Assembly (NCBI GenBank): GCA_951406725.2
Contig: OX597830.1
Location: 32,612,001-32,676,000 of the forward strand
Length of the DNA: 64,000 nucleotides
Direction of reading: 5' to 3'
From: Octopus vulgaris
Taxonomy: Eukaryota
Shown here piece by piece: positions 25,534 to 41,029 of the stretch; position 1 is the stretch's first letter, and every line of letters starts with the position of its first letter. Both the position numbers and the translations under genes were made by a program. The notes below the pieces were generated by a model that was not told the DNA's origin, made no database searches, and saw only the letters and a list, made by a program, of their open reading frames with translations.

Positions 25534-25691
25534 ACATTATTTACATTATTTACATTTGACAGATATTTGTCATCTTGTTTGTTGTGAACACAACATTTCG
25601 GCTGATATACCCTCCAGCCTTCTTCAGTTGTCTTGGGGTTCTCATTCCTAAGGTATTTTTTGATGTTGTTGTTATTATTATTATTATTATT

Positions 25692-25730
<39 letters not shown>

Positions 25731-25915
25731 CAGGTTACTGCTTGGAATTGAACTCGGAATCTTGGGGTTAGTAACCCATGCTCTTAACCACTATGGCCTA
25801 TGCCCGTGGCCATATGGGGTAGTGGTTAACAACAAACAAGATGAGGACAAATATCCGTCAAATGTAAATAATGTAAATAATGTACATAGTTCCTCATCTC
25901 TTAAAAATAGAACTG
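25534..25915. mobile_element. Family H inverted pair inserted into a SINE-A 3' half
   Basis: (-) tail 25534-25665, microsatellite, (-) head 25731-25805, (+) head stub 25808-25829 fused to (+) tail end; TSD CAGTA(T/C)TGGTGT at 25522-25533 and 25916-25927. Confidence 0.85.
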
Positions 25916-26360
25916 CAGTACTGGTGTGTTTACATGCTCTGGGAATTGGCAGTTTGGCAGAGGAGACTGATAGAATAAGTAACAGGCTTAAAAGACAGAA
26001 AGACAATCCCAAAAAAGCACATAAGTACTGGGTGGGGGTCAATTTATCTAATGAGAAATTCTTCAAGCCAGTACCCTCGTATCACTGCAATCTGATGACT
26101 GAAATATGTAAAAGTTAAAAGCAGCAATAAAAATAATAACGAAGAAATTTTCTTTAAGAAAAAAAATTAAGAAAAGGAGAAAAAAGAAAAAAGAACCACA
26201 CCTCCACCTCTTGTTATGGAATCACATGTTTCCCTGTGGAATCTGAATATTTCTCCATGGTGGGAAATTCCTTGACAAATCTACAACAAAGAACATTTAT
26301 GTACTGAGAAACATATGTATATGTCTTTATGTATATAGTTAAACATATACGAATGCATGC

Positions 26361-26391
<31 letters not shown>

Positions 26392-26699
26392 TATATATAT
26401 ACATATATATATAGATATAGATATAGATATAGATATTTATAAATGCACACACACGCAAATATATATATATATATTTATATGTACATATTCATGTATTTAT
26501 GTATGTAGGCATGTAGAACAGTAAATATGTGTGTGGTTATGAAGCCATTTATGTATGTCTGTGCACATGAGTGTTCATGTATCTTGGGATTGCGAGTCTA
26601 TTTTTGTGTTATTATGCGTCAATTTCTAATCTGTGCGTTCATGTAAATGTATGAACGTGTTCAAGTGAGAGTGTCTAGTATGTGGCTGTCTGTTTGCAA

Positions 26700-28430
<1,731 letters not shown>

Positions 28431-28489
28431 CATGCATATGTGGAGTTTCCTATAAATGAGTGTTCCATGAATATTTTATTGTTTATCTT

Positions 28490-29070
28490 TTATTTCTTTT
28501 GGTCATTAAACCACGGCTATGCTGGGGCACAGCCTTGAAGAATTTTTAGTCTAATGAATCAACTCCACTCAATTGGGTCCCATTTGCCAAACTGCTAAGT
28601 CACAGGGACATAAAACATACCAACGTCAGGTGCCAAGCAGTGGTGGGGGACAAGGATATACACAAAGACAGTCACATACATATACATACCAGGGGCTTCT
28701 TTCAGTTTCCATCTATCAAAGCCACAAGGTTTTGGTCTGCCTGAGGTTATGATGGAAGACACTTACCCAAGTTGCCAGAGAGTAATTTGAAAATACAATG
28801 AGATAACACGGAGATCCTTGTAAGATAGTTGAACATGGGTAATGCAAAAACTTTTGTTGTTACTAGTCAGACATTGCTATTACTTCTGCTCTCTACCACT
28901 ATGTCTAAATTCAATGATGAATCCTCTAGCATTAAATCAACCACATCTAGCTAGAACTGACCTTGGGTTCAGTTCCACTCTGTGGCAACTTGGGCAAGTG
29001 TCTTCTATTATAGTCTGAAGTTGACCAAAGTCTTGTGAATGAATTTGGTTGTTAGAAAATGAAAAATACC
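28490..29070. mobile_element. Degenerate SINE-A copies (- 28490-28775; + 28960-29070)
   Basis: Homology to SINE-A. Confidence 0.7.
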
Positions 29071-29221
29071 CTGTTGAACATTTACTTTGATATTATCTAT
29101 CCCTGTGAAATTCATTGAATTTTATGCAAACATTTGATCATTTAAACATGTTTGTTTGGTTTCTACTTAATAATATTAAACTCTGTCAAAATCCCCCTTG
29201 TTTTATATACATTTGTGTATT

Positions 29222-29420
29222 TTGGCACAAAGCCAGCAAGTCTGGGGGAGGGGAAAGGCAATTAATTCAACCCCAATACTCAACATACATATTTCATCGA
29301 CCCTGAGAGAATGAAAGGTAAAGTCGACCTTGGTGAAATTTGAACTCAAATGTAAAGACGGACCAAATGCTACTAAGCTTTTTGCCCAGCACAGTAATGC
29401 TTCTGCCAGCTCAATCCCTT
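29222..29420 (-). mobile_element. SINE-B
   Basis: GAATGAAAGGTAAAGTCGACC...TTTGAACTC. Confidence 0.75.
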
Positions 29421-29439
29421 AAGAAATATATATATATAT

Positions 29440-29810
29440 TATATGTAGAAAAATACAAACCGGGACAAGAACGTAAAACATTTAGAAGACGATACAAAAA
29501 ACACGGACGGGACATTCGAAGCCTTCAATCTTCAGTCAAGAACCGGATCATCCTAGCAATTTCAGCTGATTAATCTTGAGATCGCTCCGATCCAGCCAGT
29601 CCTAAGGAAAAATTAAGCTATGAGCATTAGATTTCTTGGAAGAAGGATTGAATGTATACGAAACAGGGACAGAAAAACGGACGATGCCACACAAATATAA
29701 AATACAAAAAACAATAATGGTAAAAACAGGACAAAACAGCGGGTGTCTTACGACTAATAAACAGTACAACAAGTTTAGCTGGCGTATTTGGAAAAAATGC
29801 CTTTATCGGC
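29440..29810. mobile_element. Unclassified repeat homologous to 59930-60230
   Basis: Shared GCCTTCA..CTTCAGTCA, AAGCTATG.GCATTAGATTT and GTCTTACGACT; lies between (TA)n tracts. Confidence 0.6.
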
Positions 29811-30615
29811 AGTATATATACACACACATATACATGTGTGTGTGTTTGTGTATATAGATTGATAGATAGAAAGATATGTCTATCTATACACATACATATA
29901 TATGAGTAAATGTAATGAGAAGCAAGTTAGATATGTACATGTGCATGGATATAAAATAGTCCAACTTACGGAATATATATGATATCAGGAGTTAAATGGA
30001 TAGAGTTTTCCAAGTCTAACAGCTGTTTCTGCGAGCTTGGTGGTCCAGAATAATGATAGCTTCTTGGATCCATTATCGGATAACACTGTCTCCATCTTCA
30101 GGGTAGAATTTTACATTGGAGAATTTTACATTTGAGATGTTGACAGAGTGGAGTGTAACCAATAAACTATTTATATATATATATATGTATGAATGTATGT
30201 ATGTATGTATGTATGTATGAGGAAACAAAGTGAAAGTTTGTGAGTTATCTAACGCATCACCAAATTTTCATGCCATATGCATCTCATAATTGTAGTCTAT
30301 ATACTACTTGGGGTATGTTTGTGGAAGGCTTTTGTTTTTAAAAGATATCCATCTAGTCTATAAAGAGTTTTGGGGAAAACCTTGTCAGGACTCAATAGTC
30401 ACAGATTTCCTAAAATAAAATCTGTGTGTGACTGTGTGTGTATAAAAACATACATACATGCATTCAAACACATATACATACATACATACAAGCATGCACA
30501 CACACACATTCACACACATACACACACACACATATATCCAGACTTACACATATACACATGCATGTAGATATATAAATATTGTAAAAATGATACCATCTCA
30601 CTTGCTGTATATAAA

Positions 30616-30690
<75 letters not shown>

Positions 30691-30846
30691 CTATACATCA
30701 TACACAGATATATATTAATGTATGTATATCCAGTATACATATATGCATGTATGTGTGTATGCATGCATGTATATATTTAAGCTCATATATGCACACATAT
30801 ATATATCTACATAATATATATTTCTGTATATGTATGCATGTGTCTT

Positions 30847-30877
<31 letters not shown>

Positions 30878-31661
30878 TCACACAATAATATCCACTCACA
30901 CACTGACAGACACACACAACTATCCACATCATGTCAAGTTCATATAACACTTCCTGTAGAAGCTAATTTGTATTTGAGCCTATTAGACAAAGCTGTTATT
31001 CAACTGGGGTTTTGCCTGCGTTAACTCATCTAACACACTCCTTACTTTAATTTTGTTTAATTACAGTGAAACATGTGAACTATTATTTACTTAATTTTTC
31101 ACTTCCTTTTATTTATTTATTTTATTTTTGTTTTTGCAACTATATGTGTGTATGTATGTATGTATGTATGTATGTATGTATGTATGTATGTATGTATGTA
31201 TGTATGTATGTATGTATGAATGTATGTATTTATGTATGTATGTATGTATGAATGTATGTATGAAAGTATGTATGTACGTATGTGTGTGTATGTATGTATG
31301 TATGAATGTATGTATGTATGTATCTATGTATGTATGTGTGTTTGTATGTATGTTTGTGTGTATGTAGGTATATCTATGTATATATGAGTGTAGAGTTTGT
31401 TCCTATGTTTTTACTCCTGAATTTACATATGTACATTCTTGTGTATGTATGTAGTTAATGTGAATCTGTGTGAGTATGTGCATGTGTGTGTGTGCGTGTT
31501 AATTAAAGAAATGTTGTGCAGTGTTGAATGAAATATAGCTAAATAAGCCAGTGCATAATGATATATATATATAATATATATAGATAGATAGATCTATCTA
31601 GCCAGCTATTTATCTATCTGTCTGTCTATCTGTCTATGTATATGTATACAAGCATATATAT

Positions 31662-31878
31662 GGCACAGGAGTTGATGTGTGGTAACTAGCTTACTTCCCA
31701 ACCACATGGTTCTGGGTTCAGTCCCACTGCATGACACCTTGGACAAGTGTCTTCTACTATAGCCTCGAGCTGACCTAAAGCCTTGTAAATGAATTTGGTA
31801 GACGGAAACTGAAAGAAGCCCATTGTATGTATATATATTCATGTGTGTGTTTGTGTGTGTATGTGTGTGTGTTTGTGT

Positions 31879-31917
<39 letters not shown>

Positions 31918-32105
31918 TGTTTGTTCCCTCAGCCTTGATAGTCAACTGATGCTGGTATATTTATGTCCCCGTAACTTAGCGGTTCATCAAAAGAAACTGA
32001 TAGAATGAGCACTAGGCATACAAAGAATAAGTACTGGAGTCAATTTCTTTGACTAATGGTGGTGCTCCTGCATGGCTGCTGTCAAATAACTGAAACAAGT
32101 AAAAG
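31662..32105 (+). mobile_element. SINE-A, full length
   Basis: Head, (TG)n core and tail. Confidence 0.85.
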
Positions 32106-32149
32106 AATAATAGAATATATATATATAGATGTATATATATATCATTATC

Positions 32150-32668
32150 ATTTTACATCTTCCCTAACCGACCCCTCCTCTTCTTCAAACGAGCCCACAA
32201 CCTACGAGACATCTTGGTCCACAGCTTCATCCCTAGCCCAACCTCCCTACCTGGCTCATTTCCCTGCTCCCGCCCATGCTGCAGCATTGTCCTTACCTCT
32301 CCAACACCACCACCCTCCTCATCGGCACCTACCATCAAACCTATTGTATCACCAACTCCTTCACCTGCTCTTCTACCAATGTCATCTACTGCATCTCCTA
32401 CTCTCTTTGCTCTTATCTATACATCAGGAAAATGGGATGCCGCTTGGCCGACTGTTTCGCGGAACACCACCGAGTCATCCGACTCAGCAATGACACCGTC
32501 TTGTGCCATTTCTTCTCTACTGGTCACTTGTTGCAACACCTGTCTGTGTTCATATCATCCTTGCACAGGGGCCATCTGGACTCCTGTTTGCAACGTGAAC
32601 AGGGATTAATCTTCTCTCTTTGCTCCTTTGCGCCATATGGGCTCAACTCTCTTCCCCACTTCATCTAA
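32150..32668 (+). pseudogene. Penelope-like element: RT-to-endonuclease linker and GIY-YIG endonuclease, decayed
   Basis: FKRAHNLRDILVHS linker, then FTCSSTNVIYCIS.SLC..LYI....RL...FAEH..I....V..HF..GH...REQGLIF.L....PYGLN, the canonical PLE GIY-YIG C-terminus; frameshifted with substituted key residues. Confidence 0.85.
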
Positions 32669-33062
32669 ATCTCCTCCCCTCTTCTCAAACTACTTCCTCC
32701 TACCCACCTCCCCTCTCTTGCTCTGAATCTTACTTCTTCTCTTCACTCCTCCCCTCTTCTCTTCACTCCTCCCCTCTTCTCTTCACTCCTCCCCTCTTCT
32801 CTTCACTCCTCCTCTCCTCTCTTCTCTTCCCTCCTACAACCTTCTCCCTTTTTCCCTCTCCCTTCATTTTCACCCCTCCCTCATAACCCCACTGCTACAC
32901 ACTCCAACCCCACCTCTACCCACACCCTCCACCTAACCCTCATAGCCCACCTTTACCCCCAACCCTCAGCCTAACACACACCCCACCCCTGCTTTCCCCA
33001 CTCTTGCCTCCCCCACATCCTAACACCACCACACCATATGTTATGGGCAAAAGTCTTGAGTA

Positions 33063-33116
<54 letters not shown>

Positions 33117-33524
33117 TGTGTGTGTGTATGTGTTTGCGTGTGCATGTGTGCATATGCTGGTTTCTCTAAATAAGTAAAACACTGTTTCTGGAATTTGGAT
33201 ACAAAAATGAGAAGTCTAACTTGATGAATATGTGTTTCATAGTTTTACTGTTCCACCAACAGATTGCATCTGTAAAGTGCATGTTAACCAGTCCCTTTCT
33301 TTACCAAAAAATCTTAGAGTTTTCCAGCTTGTCACTTGGATATTTACTAACATATTCAAGAATACTAATGATTATATGTATTAATATGAATGTATAATCA
33401 GAATAGGAGACCTTAATGTTTCAAAGTGGTCGTTCAAAATATTCTCCTTCTCACTAATGTTTATATTTGCAGGGAAGCTCAACTCTATGACTGTGTAGTT
33501 TATTTATTTATGTACAAAATAACT

Positions 33525-33690
33525 AGGAGTGTCTGTGTGGTAAGTAGCTTGCTTATGAACCACATGGTTCCGGGTTCAGTCTCACTGCATGGCACTTTGG
33601 ACAAGTGTCTTCTACTATAGCCTCGGGCCAACCAAAGCCTTGTGAGTGGATTTGGTAGACGGAAACTGAAAGAAGCCCGTCGTATATATG

Positions 33691-33743
<53 letters not shown>

Positions 33744-33982
33744 ATGTGTTTGTGTTTATGTTTGTGTTTATGTTTGTGTCTGTGTTTGTTCTCCCAACAT
33801 TGCTTGATAATCGATGCTGGTGTGTTTACATCCCCGTAAACTTACCGGTTCAGCATAAGAGTCCGATAGAATAAGTACAAGGCTTACAAAGAATAAGTCC
33901 TGGGGTCGATTTGCTCGACAAAAGGCGGTGCTCCAGCATGGCCACAGTCAAATGATTGAAACAAGTAAAAGAGTAAAGAGAG
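33525..33982 (+). mobile_element. SINE-A, full length
   Basis: Homology to SINE-A. Confidence 0.9.
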
Positions 33983-34309
33983 TATATCACTTATACTAAG
34001 TTTGCATTTATACAAGTGTTGACAGGAAGGTATTCCACAAATATTCTTCATGTTTTTGATATGTAAGCATTCAAGAACAGAAGTTTTGTTTTGGTATTAT
34101 TCTTGGAGAGTTTTTCAATGGGTGGCATCATATATTACTTTTTGCTACATCAAACCACAGTGGGAGGTAGAATTTCAATTACCTTTTTCGGTACCTAATA
34201 GCAGATGAGTGTTGATAACAGGAAGAGCATCAGACACAGGGAAAATCTGGCTTAAAGAATGTCATCTGACCCATGCAAAATGGGACTGTTGTTGTTGTTT
34301 GTTCCTTCT

Positions 34310-34590
34310 AGAGCCACACCTGGCTCATAGGGCCAGTTTTCCAGTTTCCTTGGCGTATAGGCTCCCCACCTGGATGGGACGCCAGTCCATCGCAGGTGAG
34401 CTTCAAGATGCAGGAGGAAAGAGTGAGAGAAAGTTGTGGCAAAAGAGTCAGCAGAATTTTGCCATTAAAACTGCCGGAGCTGCGTGGAGCTTAGGTGTTT
34501 CGCTCATAAACACATACTTCACCCAATCTGGGATTCAAACCCGCGATCCCTCGACCGCAAGTCCGCTGCTCTAACCACTAGGCCGTGTGC
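34310..34590 (-). mobile_element. tRNA-derived SINE-F variant
   Basis: Minus-strand GGCCTAGTGGTTAGAGCAGCGG...GGGTTTGAATCCC. Confidence 0.7.
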
Positions 34591-35076
34591 CACCATGCAA
34601 AATGAGACTAGTGGACATTAAAACAATGATGATGATGATGATGACGATGATGAAGATAACAACAATAGTGACAACGATAACGACAATGATGACGATGGAA
34701 ATGACAATGCTGACGGTGACAACAACAACAAGAACAAAAACAACAATGATATGTTTTATAAATTCTATGCATGAGACTTTCAGCTCTTGAATCTCTTATG
34801 TTACTTTCCAGCCAATTAAGTATACATATGTATATATATATATGTATGTCTGTGTATGTGTATGTGTATATATGTATATGTATATATGTATGTGTGTATA
34901 TATGTGGAAGATGTGCAACCTATTTCTCCTTAACTTACATTAGATACTTTGATATCCTTTCATGACTAAATTGATTAAGTTATTAGAAAGTATCAGAGTT
35001 TTACCTTTCAATTGGTTAAAAGGCTCTTATTTTATGTCATTAATGAGATAAATGTATGTATATGTATGTATATATA

Positions 35077-35109
<33 letters not shown>

Positions 35110-35172
35110 TTATATTCATATATATCTATTTAGATATATAAATATATACATATATATATATATCTGTGTATG

Positions 35173-35218
<46 letters not shown>

Positions 35219-35599
35219 TATATGTACATGTATATATATATATGTGTATGTTTATGTATGTATGTGTGTGTATATATATGTGTGTGTGTGCATATATGTG
35301 TTTACTGTAGCAAGGACAAGTAATTTACAAAGTAGACATAGTGCAAAGACACCGCCACAATTAATTAGATTTTTGTTGGATTATTAAAATATTAGATGTA
35401 TTTGCTAACTCTGCAGAGTTTTGGTTTCAATTTAGCAGCTATTGGTTAAAACAATTTCTTTCAAGAAATATTCCATCACCAAAGAACATCATTTTTTTCT
35501 TTCTAAATTAAGAAGTTTTGCTTCAGTGTTGTTTTTGTTTTTTTTTCCCCACTTCCTTCCTCGAATCTTTGTGGTTCATTGGTGTAAACCATGCATTTC

Positions 35600-36150
35600 T
35601 AGATATTCTACATTAGTTATGTCATCATCGTTAGTCCGTAACAAGAAACATAAACAGCATGAAAAGCATTGGTCATTGGGGTTGACTAAAAGAACTCAAT
35701 CTCTACATTCTCCAATGGTGCCGGGAGCGTTACGTCATTCGTGCTATGCGGAAAATATTCCATCAATATTGCACAAATGATGTTGGCATCTATTTTAAAA
35801 TCCATCAAAGACTTGGCCCCATGCTATCTGCCCACTACAAAAATCAAACTCGGTACACATAGCAACATTACGTCACATTTACTTCACCTCAATCGGTCAA
35901 GCTTTCTTTCATACCATACCAAAATACGTCAAAACAGAAATGGATCCCATAAAATTCAAATGTTCACTGGACAAATTTCTTCAGAAAATCCTGGACCAAC
36001 CTCCTACACCTGGATATGTCTCCTACAATAATAACTCTTTGCTAGAGCAGGCTATGGGTGTCCCATATATGACTAAAAGTCTTCACCAGGTGCTGCTATT
36101 GTGTTAGACATGGCCTGGACCTGTACTGACCGAAACCTATCAAAGTTTTC
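35600..36150 (+). pseudogene. CR1-like LINE ORF2 3' end and UTR
   Basis: Frameshifted KELNLYILQ..RERY...FKCSLDKFLQKILDQP.TPGYVSYNNNSLLE. Confidence 0.7.
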
Positions 36151-36159
36151 AAAGTCATC

Positions 36160-36340
36160 ATATACCTGGAGTGCATTGAAGAGATACTACAATCAAAGTC
36201 TTCCTGACTGAGCATGATTTCTCCAGCTGCTTTGCCACTCTTGCCCAACCATCCAACCAGCTTCTGATATTGTCCATCCATTGCTTTCTATGCATGCTAC
36301 ACTTCTCTATACATCTCCATTCCTGATAATGTCTTCCAGA
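36160..36340 (-). pseudogene. RTE-like LINE 3' fragment
   Basis: RKQWMDNIRSW motif typical of RTE ORF ends. Confidence 0.5.
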
Positions 36341-36402
36341 GTTGTTGTTGTTGTTGGTGTTCTTCTTCTTCTTCTTCTTCTTCTTCTTCTTCTTCTTCTT
36401 CT

Positions 36403-36437
<35 letters not shown>

Positions 36438-36715
36438 TTCTTCTCCTCCTCCTTCTTCTTCTTCATCTTCTTCGTCCTCTTCTTTGTCTTTCTCTTGTTG
36501 TTGTTGTTGTTCTTCTTCTTCTTCATCTTCTTCTTTGTCTTTCTCTTGTTGTTGTTGTTGTTGTTCTTCTTCTTCTTCCTCTTCTTCTCCTTCTCCTTCT
36601 CCTCTTCCTCCTCCTCCTTGTTCTTGCTCTTGTTGTTGTTGTTGTTGTTGTTCTTCTTCTTCTTCTTCTTCTTCTTCTTCTTCTTCTTCTCCTCCTCCTC
36701 CTCCTTCTTCTTCTT
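36341..36715. repeat. (TTC/TTG/TCC)n microsatellite
   Basis: Direct. Confidence 0.95.
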
Positions 36716-37129
36716 GGCCACAGTGAAATGATTGAAACAAATAAAAGAATAAAAAAATGTATGAATCATCATCATCAGCATCATTATTATCATCATTTAA
36801 TGTCAGTTGCCCATGCTGGCATGGTTCGGACAGTTTGACTGTGGCTGTTAAGGTGGAAGGCTGCACCAGACTCCAGTCTGATTTGGTATGGTTTTCTAGA
36901 ATATATAGTACAATACAAAAGAAAACAATAATGAGTGTATAAAATCATAAATGACAGAGGAATTGTTTGATGAAATTTCATTTAACAATAAGAAAATTCT
37001 AACGTCATGACAAATTGTTTCGTAACTTAAAAATGTAACTAATTTACATTATTATTTTCAATCATAAATAAATTACTTACATGTCTGCTTTAATACAAAA
37101 TACAAAGTTCCTTGAAAATAATGCATATA

Positions 37130-37950
37130 GGTGTAGGAGTGGCTGTATGGTTGGTAGCTTGCTTATGAACCACATAGTTCTGGGTTCAGTCCCACTGCAT
37201 GGTACCTTGGGCAAGTGTCTTCTACTATAGCCTCGGGCCAACCAAAGCCTTGTGAGTGGATTTGGTAGACGGAAACTGAAAGAAGCCCGTCATATATATT
37301 TTTTTCTTTTATTTTTTCTTTTACATGTTTCAGTCATTTGACTGCGGCCATGCTGGAGCACCACCTTTTAATCGAGCAAACTCGACCCCAGGATTTATTC
37401 TTTGTAAGCCCAGTACTTATTCTATCGGTCTCTTTTGCCGAACAGCTAAGTGACGGGGACATAAACACACCAGCATCAGTTGTCAAGCAATGCTAGGAGG
37501 ACAAACACAGACACACAATCATACACGCACACATATATATATATACATATATACGACAGGCTTCTTTCAGTTTCCGTCTACCAAATCCACTCACAAGGCT
37601 TTGATCGGCCCAAGGCTATAGTAGAAGACACTTGCCCAAGGTGCCATGCAGTGGGACTGAACCCGGAACCATGTGGTTAGTAAGCAAGCTACTTACCACA
37701 CAGCCACTCCTATGTATATATATATATATGTGTGTATGTATGTGTGTGTTTGTGTGTGTGTTTGTGCCCATAACATTGCTTGATAACTGATGCTGGTGTG
37801 TTTGCATCCCTGTAACTTAGCGGTTTAGCAAAAGAGACCGCTAGAATAAGTAATAGGCTTACAAAGAATATGTCCTGGGGTCTATTTGCTCAACTAAAGG
37901 CAGTACTCCAGCATGGCCACAGTCAAATGGCTGAAACAAGTAAAAGAGTA
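37130..37950. mobile_element. SINE-A (-, ~37310-37712) nested in the microsatellite core of a SINE-A (+)
   Basis: (+) 5' half 37130-37290 and (+) 3' half 37745-37950 bracket a full (-) copy. Confidence 0.85.
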
Positions 37951-38531
37951 ATATATATATATATGTGTATGTGCATGTGTGTGTACGTGTGTGTACGTGT
38001 GTGTGTGTGTTATCAAATGATTAATAATCATAGAAGCATTATTAATACCAAAGGTTAATCTTGATCTCAAACGAGGCTGTGTTAGGACACAGAATAATGT
38101 GGTATATACGTTGAAACAATTTCTCATATGGATTCATGGTACATAAAAGCACATGAAGTTATATCATTGGCAGATGAGAATCCTCTGCCAGGGCCACCAG
38201 ACTGGAACTGCTGGAATATATGATTTCACACTGTAGTGGTTTTCTGGAGATCTCAATTATATTTTTGTTATATATACAGCTTCTGTCACTCTTAATCGTT
38301 TTGTTAATAAACCCACTGGCTATTTGCAACACCAGTGCCTCAATAGACACCGAGATTCTATATACACAGGTGCATAAGTGGCTGTGTAGTAAGTAGCTTG
38401 CTTACCAACCACATGGTTCTGCATTCAGTCCAACTGTGTGGCTCCTTGGGTAAGTGCCTTCTACTATAGCCTCAGGCTGACCAAAGCCTTATGAGTGGAT
38501 TTGGTAGACAGAAACTGAAAGAAACCCATCA

Positions 38532-38883
38532 TCTCTCTCTATATAAACGGCAGTTTGTCTGTGCGTTTTCTGTGTGTCTGTTTTCTCGTACCCTCACTCT
38601 GACCACGGCTTTCAACCGATTCTGATGAAACTTGACACACACATAGCCCAATGTCATAATTCAAAACTAACGCAGCGAAAATTTTGAAAAGTTCCCCCAG
38701 TTCTGAAAAAAATCGATAAATTCGACATGGGGTCGAGAATCAGAAACCCAAACCACAGACCGTCAAAAAAAATTTACCATAATTTTTTTTCCATTTTTTT
38801 GCTATTTTTTGGCTATAACTCTCTAAAAATGCTTTATAGTTATTTCCCTTACAAACCTGAGCAACGCCGGGCGATACTGCTAG
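38532..38883 (+). mobile_element. Non-autonomous Helitron following a SINE-A 5' half (38368-38530)
   Basis: A|TC start, hairpin CCTGAGCAACGCCGGG, CTAG|T end. Confidence 0.75.
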
Positions 38884-38949
38884 TATATATATATATGTTT
38901 ATATATATATATATATACATATATCATCATCATCATCATCGTTGTCATC

Positions 38950-39530
38950 GTCATTTAATGTTTGTTGTCCATGCTGACATGGGTTGGACAGTTTGACCAG
39001 GGCTGGTAAGGTGAAGGGCTGCACCAGACTCCAGTCTAATTTGGCATGGTTTTGTATGGCTGGATGCCCTTCCTAATGCCAACCACTCTGAGAGTGTAAT
39101 AGATGCCTTTATGTGCCACTGGCACAGGTGCCATTTCCATGACACTAGCATCTGCCACGACTGATTTTGTTCAGCTTCATGGTTTTGCTCAAGTATGACA
39201 TAATGCCAAAGGTCTTGGTCATTGCCTCTGTAAGGCTCAATGCTCAAAAGGAACTCAGCTATTTTGCTTCCCTGAGGCACAATGCTTGAAAGGAACTCAG
39301 CCTCTTTGCCTCTGTGAGGCCCAATGCTTGAAAGGTACTCAGTCATTTTACCTCCCTGATGCCCAACTCTCAAAAGGAACTCAATGAGGACCGACACTCG
39401 AAAGGTGCTCTTTATGTGCCACTGGCATGGTTGCCAGTCACATGACACCAGCATCAGCCATGACTACAATTTCACTTGGCTTGATGGATCTTCTCAAGCA
39501 CAACATATTGCCAAAGGTCTCGGTCAGTAA
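38950..39530 (-). mobile_element. Family D (RTE 3' UTR-like) with a ~41 bp internal minisatellite (39222-39385)
   Basis: GGCTGGATGCCCTTCCTAATGCCAACCACTC; unit TTGCCTC.GTGAGGCCCAATGCTCAAAAGGAACTCAG about 4 copies. Confidence 0.75.
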
Positions 39531-40569
39531 TTATTTCCTCTATTAACGATATAATTACCTCAACGGCGGGGTATTGTTTTTGGTCACGTTTGTTTGTTTG
39601 TCTGTGGACATTCTTTCAGTTTCCATCTACCAAATCCACTCACAAGGCTTTGGTTAGCCTGAGGCTCTAGTAGAAGACACTAGCCCAAGGTGCCAAGCAG
39701 TGGGACTGAACCAGGAACCATGTGGTTTAGAAGCAAGCTTCTCCCATACAGCATACCTGCACCTACATATGTCTAACCTGCTTCTCAGCTTTCAAGATGT
39801 ATGAAATAAATAAGAGATCTTTAACTTGGAAAAACAGGTCAGAGTTAGCACCAAGAAAGTATATCCAGCCTTAAAAATTAATGCCTTGATGATATATTCA
39901 TCTGACCCATGCTGGCATAGGAAAACGAAAGTAAATGAACCATGCAAACTATGTACCGGTACCCAGGAAATTCTCAACTACTTACAGATTATTCAATGAG
40001 TATGCAGTGCAATTGAAAGGACAATTGAAACACTCGTTTTTGAAAAAAATGGTAAAGTTCCATTTAATTTTACTTCAAAATAAATATATTTTTCATATCT
40101 ACACTCATGTATATTGAGATCTACTTTTTTTCCTCCTCATATATTCACATTCATAAAACATGCCTGTTTTCTTTTTCTCTCTCTCACATACACACACTCA
40201 CACACACATGTGCGCACGTTTATATACCCATACATGCAACAACACACGGATTATTCCTGTAATCATACACAGACGTAGAACAATCATTTCCTTTGAATTT
40301 AAATATACTTAAGCCAACTATTTTTGTTTTGTTGTTGGGGTTTTTTTTTGCCAATTTGTTTTGTTTTTTGTTGTTAGTTTAATTAATATATTTTCCTAGC
40401 TTTTATGATAACCGATATAAACAAAATAATATCAATAACAACAACACCATAACAACAACAACAACAACAACAGCAATAGCAGCATCAACAACAATATCGA
40501 ACAACAAATACTAAAAACGACAGCACAATAAAAATAACAATAATGATGATAATAATAATAATAATAATG

Positions 40570-40606
<37 letters not shown>

Positions 40607-41029
40607 CAACAACAGTAATAATTACCATTATTAATAGCAAGAAAGAGAAGGAGAGCAATCATCATATCATTGCTTAATTCTTCACATTCTAAACAAACAC
40701 TGGAAAATGTTGTTTATAGGAAAATTTAGAAGCTTGTTTTTTTTTTAAAAAATAAATGATAAAAAATCAAAAAGTAATGAATAAAAAAATGGTTATAATA
40801 TAATGTTTCTTCATTTTCATAAAAATTTAACTTTTTATTTTCACATTTCATTGAATTTTTTTTGCTTCTTTTTGTTTTTGCTGTTTTGTTTTCACTTTAA
40901 AAATAAAATACACTCCAAAACAATATATGCCAGTCGGGTTTTGTCTGCCAATGGTAAATGGTTTAAACCGGTATTTTGTGTGCTAATTTAAAGCTGTTTT
41001 CATCGCACAGTAATTTTATTATTTATTAA

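Noticed and set aside
38159-38350. 63 aa non-repetitive minus-strand ORF
   Set aside because: No recognisable domain or splice support; length expected by chance
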